A stretch of DNA of 64,000 nt from positions 6,426,724-6,490,723 of the forward strand of contig MU054338.1 in the NCBI GenBank assembly GCA_013239625.1. Reading direction: 5' to 3'. The stretch comes from Lama guanicoe (lineage: Eukaryota). Both the position numbers and the translations under genes were made by a program. Under the pieces are notes generated by a model. It saw only the letters and a program-made list of their open reading frames with translations, was not told the origin of the DNA and searched no databases. Positions 1 to 11,518 of the stretch are shown piece by piece (within the stretch, counting starts at the first letter, position 1; each line of letters begins with the position of its first letter).

Positions 1-3000
1 TAAACCAGCAAGCAGCAGGCCATCAGAAGTCACAGCTGAATGGTGAGGAACTCATGTTAAAGAGCCACCAGTTCTGGCCATATCTATACTGAAACTTCAT
101 CAATCTGACATTGAAGGATGATGTTTAAAACTGTACTTATTTATTCAAAAGTATTTGGCATGCACTTCCCCCATGCTAGATGCAGGGACAGTGATGAACA
201 CAGCAGGTAGGACCACTAGTGCACCCCAAATAAAGGAGAAATGCATTCCCACCAAGTCCAACATGGTGCCAGGAGCCAATGCATCAGTGTGCACTTACCA
301 TCTCTTCATCTTACATTCTTTCTCCACCCTAGATATCAGATGTAGAGACTTTAAAGTAACAAAGAGTTTAAACTGAGATCCCAGGTGGCTAAGATCTTCT
401 TGTTCAGGGCTTTGTAGGACTGATAGTCTAAAACCTACTAAAAGGAGCTTCTGGAGAAACTGGCTGATTTGGCACCTGACACAGAAACTATGGTGGGTGA
501 GCCTGGGCCACACTGCAGTGTCAGAAAGCAAGGAAGTGCTCAGAGATTACTGTAGGCTTGTCCAAAAGACAAGGGAGCTGACTTGTGAAGGCTCCCACTG
601 GCTACCTTTGGGGCAACTGAATATCCAAAAATAAAAAATAAAAATATGCTTCCATCTGTATGGAGGTCTCGAATCCAGCAAAACAGCCAAACTTAATCAG
701 TGGTTGCTTCTGGGGCATGGTGGTAGGGAACACCTGGGAAGGGGTCCTGGGAGCTTTCTGGGGTGATGGTCATGGTCTACATCTTGGTAATATTGTTGGG
801 GATATACACTGGGCAAAACCCACTGAATGATACACTCAAGAGCTGTGCATTTACTTCAAAAGAAAAAAAGACCTGTAAATAAATACTGGACTCCAGTAAA
901 TATTTAGAGGATATTTACAATTTTCTGATACTTTGAAAAGCACCATAAAAACAAAGCAACCATGTTAACTATATTTCAATAAAAATAAAGTGGACTGAAG
1001 GATGAACAGGACAGATGAAGAGATGCGCGAAACACAACTTAAGTCAAATGTCAATGGCTGAACCCAGGGTATGGACACAGGAAGGTGTTCACTGCAAAAC
1101 TGCATCACCTTTCCTGTATGTTTGACATTTTCATAATAATGTGTCACAAATATACAACTAACATTGATTCAGCACATTAAACATACACATGAGTTCATAA
1201 TGATACTTCTTTGCCACCACTGGAGATGTCTATACCCTAAGCCCATACTCTGAAGGGACTGAAGTTCACCCAGAGTTGATTTGGAGCATCTCTACGAAAA
1301 ACACCATCTGACAAACAGACAAGGCCAGGAATAGAACACCACTCTTCTATCTCTGGGGGACAGGACACTCACTGTGTAAAACATCAGCCCACCAGAAGCC
1401 CTCAAAGACATGCACGTGCCCCCAAATGCTCCTGTCTGTAGCAAACATCTTGCGTGGAGGTTTCCATTTGCTGTATTCACTGTTAAAACTCAGGAAGGGA
1501 CTCCTAAAGGGATTCACTGGGCTGTGGCTGGCTCTGACCACCACCCTCAGCCCATCTGTGATCCTTTCATCCCTGGGTCCACCTCCCTCAGACAAGGCTT
1601 TCATGGTGATGTAGGTAGAAGCACTTATTGAACTAAAACTTTAAAAACTGGAATCAACGTTTCTTTGCAGAGCAACAAACCCGGCCTCACTTGTCTCTAT
1701 GTAAGCCTCGATCTGTCATCCCAATCGGCCTCTCAGAAGCCAGCTGCTCTTGTCTTAAGTACCAGAGGATACATCTCATTTAACCTCATTTTCAAGATTT
1801 TTAGCAAGGAACACTGCTGGTGAGAAACCCACCACATCCACCTATAATAAGCAACACTCCAATGCCCCCCGCCAATCTAACTTTAAACGGAAGCCATGAA
1901 AGGCTGCCCAGAGCTGCTTATGCAGCCTAATTCAGGATTCAAACCCGAGCCCAAGCGAAGACTGATTTTTACCAGCCCAGCCTCTCTGAAAAGAAACCCA
2001 AGGAAAGAATAAGTGAAGAGGCAAGAATCAGGATCTTAACCTCTGTGTGGTTTGGCATGTTCTAACACGCAGGGATCAGGTTTCTTTCTTTTGTTCTCAA
2101 AACCAGCCCACCCACAGCATGCAGACTTACAGAAGATTAAACCACAACGTGAGGTGCGATGACCAGCTTTCTGACCTCTCACTAATTAGAGTATGACTAT
2201 ACTGACATTTGCTGTAGGGAAAGAAATGTGCCCAAGTCAGCATGTATGGATCAACAAGTGTTTGTAGACTGCATGAACAGGTGTAGCTACAACACCTTAA
2301 CAGGTATGGCCTCATCTATCTTCCAGAGTGGCTTCCCCAACCCAGGGTATTTCACAAAACTTTAGAGTCCAAGCCATTCTGGAGAACTGTCCTTAAAGTG
2401 TATGCTCCTCTTAAAGAGACCTGATTAGGCTTTGAAACCTATAAGGATCCAATTCAGATCCTGGTTCCCTGGCCTCTGGATATAATCCTACCCTGGAATG
2501 TGAAGTGAAATACACACATGCAATTCTTTAGTGACTCAAACTTTTAAAAATTCACATCATCAAGGACATATGGAAAATAACTTTAACAAAGCAACCAGTA
2601 AGAAGATGCCAATCTAAAATCTGGTTATGGATACCACTCTGAGAAAGTTTTACATCTAAAACAAATGTAAAATCCAGTGTAATGGTTCCCAGTTCTGTCT
2701 GCAACAGTGTTTTTACTTGGTCCATAGGGAGGTATAAACATTTTTACAAATATTTTCAATTTAAAGAAGTATCCTTTAAGCATTTTTCTTTCTTTCTTTC
2801 TTTTTGCTTATTTTCTTCTTATATGTTGGTTAAAACATTTTTTTCTTATGAAAAGGTGGAAATGGTGTATGATAACTAATTTAAAATATATTTTAATTTG
2901 CAAATACATTTTGTTCCCCAAAATGATTCTGGAACTCCAACTGGTCTGTGACACCCAGGCCTCCAGGCCCAACTGTACTGTGGAACATCCACAGGTCTTA

Positions 3001-3544
3001 GAAAGAGAAACCCCAGCTTTGTGCCTACCTGGGCTCTCCAACCTGGCTGCTGTGGGACCTTCAAGACATCGCTTTACCTTTTCAGAGCAAGGTCAAAAAT
3101 GAGATTAAAACACTACCTAGACCTCAAGAGCTGCAGATAGTAAGGCTTAAAGGTGACACAGTGAGAAAATGCTCTATCAACTATAAAACTACAAATGCAA
3201 CGTACAAAAGGAGTAATTTTAGCTACTCTTGGATGAATCAACAGAAATGTTTGAAAATTTCCCTGTGAGAAGACACGGTATCACAGGAAAAGATTTAACA
3301 TGACTCTAAGTGGCACTTATCAAACTCTCTTTGCAACATGCCTTTCAGGCAGCAAGGCGGTGAGAGAAGCCAGCTTAGAAATCCACACCTGGCGGTCTCA
3401 GGGGCTGAGGCAACCTTCCCATGTATCTCCACGGGGAAGCCTAAGGTTTAAAAAAAGAAAAAGTTTCTAGTTAAGAAAAAAAAAAAAGACTGCCTCTCAA
3501 AGGATGCTAAACATTAACATGAATTTTTAGTAGGTAACGGTTTC

Positions 3545-4215
3545 TTTTTTAAATGAAACTTTTGAGATAGTGTAGCTTCTTGTCCGGTGTAAGAAACAAC
3601 AGAGATCTTCAGTGTACTCTACCCAGTATACCCCAATGGTAACATCTTGCAGACTCTAGTACAATATAACCACAATACTCATATTGATACAATCAGATAC
3701 AGGCTGCTGCTGTCACAAGAATCCCTCCTGTTGCCCTTGTACAGTCACATTCACCTTCCAACTGCGTCCCTCATGCTCAGCCCCTAGCAACCACCAATCC
3801 ATTTACCATTTCTGTGATTTTGGCATTCCAAGAATGTTATATAAACAATTTTAGAGCATATGACCTTTCAGGACTTGTCTGTCTCATGAATACCCGCCCC
3901 GAGAATCATCCACGTTGTCTAGGTATTGAGTTTGCTCTTTTTTTTTACTGCTAAGTAGTATTCCATGACAAGGATATATCATAGTTTATCTATTCATCCA
4001 CTAAAGGGCATCTGAGTGGGTTCCAGCTCTTGGCTATATAAATAAAGATGCTATGAACATTTGTGTATAAATTTTTGTGTGAACATAAATCTTCATAACT
4101 TTGAGATAAATGCCCAGGAGTGAAACTGCTGGGTCATATGGTAGCTGCCTGTTAGTTCCATAAAAAACACTGAAAATGTTTTATAAAACACTGAAAGTGT
4201 TTTTCCAGAGCCAAA
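3545..4215 (-). mobile_element. Old LINE-1 (L1M-type) fragment
   Basis: Typical antisense L1M text (atgctatgaacatt...gctgggtcatatggtag; ccctagcaaccaccaatc). Confidence 0.65.
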
Positions 4216-4254
4216 GTCTCAGATTTTATTTTTTTGCTGTTTTTTTTTTTTGGT

Positions 4255-4390
4255 AGAGGGGAAATTAGGTTTATTTTATTTATTTATTGCAGGGAAATAA
4301 CTAGGTTTATTTATGTATTTATTAATGGAGGTACTGGGGAATTGAATCCAGGATCCCATGCCAGCTAGGCATACTCTCTACCACTGAGTT
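4255..4390 (-). mobile_element. tRNA-Ala-derived SINE (Vic-1-like), diverged and 5'-truncated
   Basis: Reverse complement of CTCAGTGGTAGAG...GGATTCAATTCCCCAGTACCTCC plus AAATAAACCTA tail. Confidence 0.75.
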
Positions 4391-4782
4391 TGGTTTTTAT
4401 TTTTTTTAAGTCTAAGGTTTCAAAAAAAAAACAATTTAACTAACTTCATCAAAATCGATTCAAGCCACCTTCTCTCCACTGAGTTCACACATCCACTCTG
4501 TGAAGCAGTGGTCACTGGTGAGGTCTCAATGGGCAGCCCACAGACCTCCCCTTCCTGTTAACAGGGCAGCTAGTATTCCCTCCTGCAAAGATTCTGCACA
4601 GCTCACTCACAGAACAAATATTAAGTGCCACTATGAACCATGGAGCCAGGCTGGTCATTTCCATATTAGGGACATTTAAACTACTTTTTTTAATTATATA
4701 CACATACTAAGGATTATTAACCTGTAAAAAAAATCTAACTGTACCACTGACAAGCAAGCGTAATTTGCCACGTTCATTCTTT

Positions 4783-4800
4783 ACACACACACACACACAC
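4783..4800. repeat. (AC)9 microsatellite
   Basis: Read directly from the sequence. Confidence 0.9.
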
Positions 4801-6989
4801 TCAGATAAGAGGAAGAAAGTAGTTCAAAGGCAACCAGCAGAAAAACAAGCAGCCTGGAAAATTATACCGAAAAGACCCTATCCTTGAGCTTGAACCACAA
4901 TCCTAATAAAAGCAATACAAATGGCTGTTTCCAAGGAAAAGTATCATGAACCTCAAATTGGCCAATAGCACCACTTCTCACTGATCACCTCAGATTGTAA
5001 AAATAATCTGGAGCAAATTTACACACTCTAATAAAAGGATGCACAGTCAACTTTGTAACTAAACAATCCTTTGTGGTCACATATGAACAAGTAAATTCAC
5101 TTTTGCATTAAAACTAGCAGCTACATTTTCAATTACTTCATTACATGAACATTCAGTGAGAAGAGAAAAAAATCAGATTTCAACTGCACATCATTTCACA
5201 AAACATCTGAAAATAGGAGATGTTAAAAGTCTTGACTGAACTTCCAACTGCAATTTATAATGGGATCACCTATAAAGTGCTGTCTGGGGGAAAGAAAAAA
5301 ACAACCCAGAGATTTAACAGAACATAACTATGGCAAGAAACAACTTTTTCTAAGTCAGCTCACTAACAAATATAACAAAGACTCCCTAACAAAAATATGC
5401 CCGCCCTGCTTTCACTATTATTTCTGTAATGCTGTTAGCACCACAAAGAGGCAGCACAGACATACCCTAAGTTAACAAAGTAGGAAGAAAAGTAGTTGTT
5501 TCAGACAAAATTGTCAAATGCTGCAGCAGGGAACTGAAGTTAGCCTCATCCCTTCAGGGCCCCAACCCCATTTCACTAACTGTGCAAACTCCTGTCAAAC
5601 CCCTTTTTGCCTCTAACTGCTGACTCCACCTCTCCCTCGGTGGAGAACTTAACCAGGGGAGCATGAAAACAAGCACATTTGTGACAACAAGGTATTAGCA
5701 GCCACTTTGCCAATGTGGGTTTTTTGGACAAGAAAAAAATTTTAAGGAAAGTAACAGATAGCCTGAGACTCCTCACTTCCAGGAATATGGGCCTCCAAAA
5801 AACCCTCAAGTACACTAGAAGGAGCTAAAAGAATTTTTACCTGCAGGCATAAATTCAATCAGGAAAAACAAAAACTGCAAACAATTAGGCACCACTCCAC
5901 TTCAGGGAGAGGATGATTCCCAGGCTTGCCAGAGCTCCAGGAGGATAGGGAGACTGATAAATCAGTGCCCAGTGCTGGCAAGGCCAAACCTGGCAGTAAC
6001 TGCCAGCCTCCAATCAACTCCAGACAACACTAGGGTCTGCACAGATTCCATTCACAAATCCCAGGGGCCAGGAGCTGTCCACATGGCCAAGAGACAGCTC
6101 ATGGGTAAAGATCCCAGGGTTAGGGACAGGGATAGTAGCACCTGCCAGTGCCCTGGGCCTTCCTCCCCCCATTCCAGCTGTGAATGAGCCTCTGGTTCCC
6201 ACACTTCATTCACAGCCTGAGAGGCTGCTGTAACTACATCCCACCAGACCACACACAAAGCATAGTGGCAGCACTGTGAGCAATCCATGGAGATTCCCAG
6301 CCACAAATACCTGAGAAAAGGAGCCCAAAGTCCTAAATTTGAGTCCTAACTTCGAGTTGCGTTTCCCATAGACACCAAATTTGCTCCCAAACCACTCATT
6401 TTAAAGAGGTCAGAACCCTGAGCAATCAAAAAAATTCAGAATCACCGAAATAACTAAATTCAATAAAAGGTAACTGATGCTTCCTTGCTGATCCATCAGG
6501 TCCCCTAGGCAGAATCCCAAGCAACTTTCAATTTTGGAAATATTAAGAAACGGCTTACTCCCCAAGTTTAGACACTTAACTGGAGGAGCGCACGCTGATC
6601 ACTGTACACCCAAAATAATTCCTCCAGGTGGAGGACTACCCGGGGTCAAGACAACCCTTAGAATCTCAGTTACTCAATTACTTGAGGAAATAAGGTAGAA
6701 AAGGGTTTTAACCTCTCACATTTGGGTCTCAAGTCTTTGATAGGGAACCCAGATATCGCACCAGCTCACCGTTTTGGGGGAGAATACAAGTCCTAAGCAG
6801 TATGGAAAAAAATTTAACATCAATGAAACACCCCAATTTAAAAAAGGGAAACTTAAAACTCTCAACTAAATTTGGATCCTGATCTGGAGGAGGCCAGGCC
6901 AACCAGAAATTTGGGAATCCCATGAACTCACAAAGGCCTCCTCTACAATCCCTGTTAAGGACAGGGTTCCAGGGAAGGGGTCTGCCTCT

Positions 6990-8560
6990 CCGCACCGCCT
7001 AAGGACAAAGGCGGAGACGTTTCCCGCCTCGGCAACCTGGGACCCTCCTGAAACCCGGGGCGGGACAGGGACAAAGAGGAGGAGAGGTGGGGGTAGTAGT
7101 CCCTGCTGCGCGGGGCAGGATGCTCCCTGCCAGAGGGGGGTGTGTGCTCCCGGCACGTGCGCGCGTGCGCGCGTGGCGCCGCAACAGACAAAGCCCGGCC
7201 CGGGGGAGGCGGCGGCCGGGGGCCCCGTGCGCGCGCACCCCCCGCGAGAGGCGCCGCCGCCGGCCGAGGGGCCGCGAGGGGGGGCAGATGCGCGCGCACC
7301 GGGCCCTCGCCGCCGCCGCCGCCATTTTGTTTCCTCGGCACAATGGGGGAGAGTAACGGCTGAGCGCGGGAGAAAGGCTGGCAAGGGAGGAATGAGCCGG
7401 GCGCCGGGGCGAGAGAGCCAGGCGGAGATGGGGGGCGCGGGGCGCCTCAGGCCTTGTCACCGCGACTCCTCAGCAGAGCCCGCGCTGAGTGGGAAGACGG
7501 GCGGGGGGAGGGTGAGAGGCGGGAGCGGGCCCGGCAGCCGCCACATTGACGCTTACCTTGTCCGCGTCCCCTTCCCCGACAGCAGCCGCTGCCCTACTGC
7601 CACAGCCCGCCGGGGTCTCCCCCAAAAAGCCACGCGGTGCGCACCGGGCTGCTGAGTCCAACTGCAATGGCGAGAAGAGGAGGAGGAGGAGCCGGGGCCG
7701 GGGGCGAGCGGGCGGGCGGGCGCGCGCGCGCCGGGGAGGTGCGGGGCCACGTGACTGGCCGGAGCCCCGCCCCCTCGCCGCCGCGTTGCCGTTCGACGCA
7801 GGCCCAGCCGGGGAGGGAGGGAGGGCCAGAGGGAGAGAAGGAGGCGGGTCCTAGTCACGTGACAGGAACGTAGACGTTACGTATCTTCGGGACGTTTCCC
7901 TCCCCTTTCCACGCCTTTGATCATCTGACAGTGACGAAGTCAGCGCTCTCCTTGGCCACATGATAAGGGCTTTGGCTGCTTCCCTTTACCTTATTGGTAG
8001 GCCTGCATCATGTGACAACACCGCCGCTCTTTATTTCAATTGCGGTTTTTGAGCGGCCATTACCACGTGACACGGCGAGGGGCGGAGCCTCCATGCGGTT
8101 GCCAGTTTGCACGCCTGCGCGGCCGCCATCTTACACCGGTCGCCATGAGTACGTTGGCGGAAACGGCTCTGAGAGGCAGGCGCGTGAGCGTCCTCATTGG
8201 GGTTAGGTCTCTGTAGAGGATATTCGGCCTCCGTGTAAGGCCGTCCCACGGAAGTTCCTCCTCACTGCCCGAATCTCCCGCGAGAGGCCGAGCCGACCCG
8301 AGGTGCGTGTGCGAGGAACAGCCGAGCCGAGCTCGTTGCTTCTCCAGGGCTGGAGCCGGCGAGCGTCCCGGCTCTTTGGTGTTGCGAACTTCCTCTGGTG
8401 TAGCGTCCAGCCGGACTGCCGTGCCGAGAGCCTCCGAAGGGCACAGCTAATTTGGTCTTAATCTTCCAGTCCCCTTTTCACAGATGGAGAAACTGAGGCC
8501 CGGTCCAGAAAAACGCCCGGCTGGAGGCTTAACGATCTTTTGTGGGATCGCGGGGGCTGC
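6990..8560. promoter_or_regulatory. CpG island / bidirectional promoter of ILF3 and its divergent transcript
   Basis: Very high GC and CpG density. E-boxes CACGTG at 7154, 7748, 7856 (perfect GTCACGTGAC 7854-7863) and 8064. YY1 motifs CCGCCATTTT 7319-7328 and GCCGCCATCTT 8122-8132. Confidence 0.85.
7557..7800 (-). other. ILF3: Non-coding first exon of interleukin enhancer-binding factor 3 (NF90/NF110); positions 1-7556 are intron 1; TSS approximate
   Basis: Strong minus-strand donor AAG|GTAAGC at 7557/7556 inside a CpG island. Identity is inferred from synteny (ILF3 lies downstream of SLC44A2 on the same strand in mammals). No ILF3 coding exon is in the window. Confidence 0.75.
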
Positions 8561-9500
8561 GACTGCAATGTTCAGCCAACCACATCCCGGACCATAAGTA
8601 AAGGCACGGGAGACCGAGCACCTTCTCTTTACAAGCTTAGTGTTGTTGAATCCTCCTGGGCGCCTCTTGAATTCAATACCCAGTGTGCAGTCTGTGCCTA
8701 AACTAAGCCCCGCTCCGCTCCATTTCAGGATCAGGCTGGCACGTGCGAGGCTGTGATTCAGACGCTGCCGAGATTCGGAACAAGTAGTTGGAAAGGTTTC
8801 CTACCTGAAGAAGATGAGAGGTCGTTCAAGACTTACAGCCTGTTAACGGATCTTCCTTGTAAAAACATAGGCATGGTGCTGCTAATCCGTTAAGGATTCA
8901 AGAGCCAATGTTGCCCTAGGTTTGAATCCCCCGGTGTAATAAGAATAGTGCACTTGTCTGAGACTCCGTTTCCTTATCTGTAAAATGGTGGTAACTTTTT
9001 TCTTAAAAGCACTTGGCACAATTCTTTGCGCAGAACAAATGCCCCAAAATTATGGCTATTACTGAAAAGGTAAGATGTAAAAATAGAATTACAGAATGAG
9101 TGCACGCTGTACCTATCGCTTTTCATTTTATTTATACTTTATTTAGGCTCTTGAACCGATACTCTGTTCACACGGTGTAAAATGTTAAATGTGCAAAAGG
9201 ACGTGAGAAGACAATTTGACTCCTCCGGATACCCTCCTTTTTGACAGCCATTGTGAAGCTTTTTGTGTATCTCTACAGAGAGGTTTTATTTCCAGAGATG
9301 CTTACTTATATCTTTATTGGTGTTTTTAAGATAAATAATAGACATTCCACATCTTGCTCTTTTTTTTTTTTCATCTACTTGGAGATCTTTCCTAAATAAA
9401 GATTGAAAAAAGTGTTGGTCAAATGAGTGGGGCATGTATTCCGACAAAATTAGCTAAAATAAATTTAGGTTTTTCAAGGTCACCATAACAATAAAGATGA
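8050..9500 (+). ncRNA. ILF3-DT: Possible divergent lncRNA equivalent to ILF3-DT; boundaries uncertain
   Basis: Positional inference only: the CpG island extends about 700 bp beyond the ILF3 TSS, and AATAAA occurs at 9490-9495. No convincing ORF. Confidence 0.3.
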
Positions 9501-10829
9501 TAACTGCCTTCTGCACTAAAGTTAGAGATCAGCTACAGTTAGAGATCAGCTACCTCTCTGACACCTGAGACGGGCTCAGAGATGGGGCAACTTGACTAAG
9601 CTAACAGCGCTACCAAGTGGCAGAACAAGGAAGGTTTCTAGTTTTCTGACCTTTATTGGGAGGGACCCAAGGTTACATTGCTAAAGAAGTTACTTTTTGA
9701 GCCTCTCATTCCTCTAAGGCATGATAGGCGTAGATAGAATCATGGTTACAAAGGCTCCATGGGAGAGCCCAGGATGGATCTGAAGAGTTTTTGAACCTCA
9801 AAAGAGTTGCTGGAGTGGCTGGTATGGAGTGCTGAACAGTTGTCATGATTGTTACCTATTGGACTGGTGTCCATTAGGGTCCTTTTAGTGAGTGAGGTGA
9901 TTCATTGAGATGACAGCAAAACCAGAACTCTATTAAAAGTGTATTCCCTGTGGACCCACATCTATACCCCACCCAACAGGAGCTGCTGAATAAGAGGTTT
10001 TAAGCCCAGCCTTCTTTGTCCATGTCCTTGGTCACCACTGCAAGATGGAGACCTAAGATGCCATCTGCCCCTTCTCATTCGTGCATCTCCACCCTGACCC
10101 AATCTCCCACCCTTGCCTTTCCATTAACCCATGGTTAACAACCCCCCTGTATGCATAACCATTCTGTTACCTCCTTGCCTTTGTTAACACCTTCCCCGCC
10201 CCTGTAATCTGGCTAAATCCCCTCCTCTTCCTCCTCTCTCTGCTACACCTGCCCCCTCATTGGTTGAAGAGAGATCTGACCCTCTCTTGTTGTCCCTCTA
10301 TCTAAATAGGTTCTGCCATCCTCCGGGACTTCAGTGTCTTCATGAACATTCTCTCCATCCCTTACCTTCCTAATCTTCAAAGATTTCTCCTCCTTCAGTT
10401 CCCCCTAACCCCAGAGTTCCCTGATCACACCCAAGATCTCCGCTTGAAAGTTCTTTGAACCATGCCTGCTGCCTTCCCACCCTCTGAGTAAAGTGGACAT
10501 AGACTGACCACAGTGCTTTGGAGAACCACCCCACTCCCTTGCTCAATCTTGTCAGATCCCCAGTGCTGAACACTGAATCTAGGCCCATGGCCTAGCCACA
10601 GTGATTGACTTAGGTGTAACTGGCCAAAATCAGGCCAGTCAGAGCCAGTGAGCACCAGCCTTGGAATTTGGGGATAAGAGAAGCCATCATTTCTCTGATC
10701 TGGAAGCCAGGGAAGTACAAGGTATGGTTGGGGGGCAGCGAGTGTTTCCTTGATGAAAGAACTTGACAGAATGAAACCAATCTGAAAGAGCTAAGCCAAA
10801 AGACAGAGCAAGAAAACAGCACAATGTTT

Positions 10830-11350
10830 CCTCCAAAATTAAACAAGATTAACGTATCATTCAGCAATTTCACTTCTGAGTATATAGTCAAAAGAAATGA
10901 AAGCAGGGACTCGAGATCCTTGTACACCCATGTTTATAGCAGCAGTACCAGAGGAAAGGTGGAAGCAACCCAAATGTCCATCAGTGGGTAAATGAGTGGA
11001 TAAACAAAATGTGGTTCATCCATACAGTGGCATATTATTCAGCCTTAAGAGGAAATGCTGACACCTGCTACAACATGGATGAGCCCTGAGGACACTTTGT
11101 GAAGTGAAATAAACCAGTTCCCAAAAAGGACAAATACTGTATGAGTCCACTTATATGAGTTCCTAGAGGAGCTAAATCCATAGACACAGAAAGTAGGATG
11201 GTGGGTGCCAGGGGCTGGGGGAGGGGTGGGGGGGAGTTAGTGTTTACTGTGGACAGAGTTCTGGAGATGGATGATGGTTAACCCAACAATGTGACCTGCA
11301 CACTTAAAAATGGCCAAGGTTTAATGTTGTGTATACTTTACAAAAATTTT
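10830..11350 (+). mobile_element. LINE-1 (L1MB-like) 3' fragment
   Basis: cagcaatttcacttctg...caaatgtccatca...ggataaacaaaatgtgg...aagtgaaataaaccag...gtgggtgccaggggctgggg. Confidence 0.75.
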
Positions 11351-11377
11351 TTTTAATTTTAAATTTTAAAAGATGAC

Positions 11378-11518
11378 GGGGGGAGGGCATAGCTCAATAG
11401 TAGAGTACGTGCTTAGCATGCATGAGGTCCTGAGTTCAAGCCCCAGAATCTCCATTAAAATAAATACATACAAACCTAATTCCTCCTCCCTCAAAAACAA
11501 TAAGTAAAAAAAAAAAAT
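11378..11518 (+). mobile_element. tRNA-derived SINE (Vic-1-like)
   Basis: GGGGAGGGCATAGCTCAATAGTAGAG...GGTCCTGAGTTCAAGCCCCAG, aaacctaatt tail, poly-A. Confidence 0.85.

Noticed and set aside
1320..1640. Possible additional ILF3 exon (minus-strand donor-like ACA|GTGAGT near 1372)
   Set aside because: No clear matching acceptor or recognisable ILF3 peptide; cannot be supported without transcripts.
6866..7873. Many overlapping Pro/Arg/Gly-rich ORFs at the ILF3 promoter (likewise at 28.8, 42.2, 59.1 and 61.6 kb)
   Set aside because: Expected by-product of stop-codon scarcity in CpG islands.
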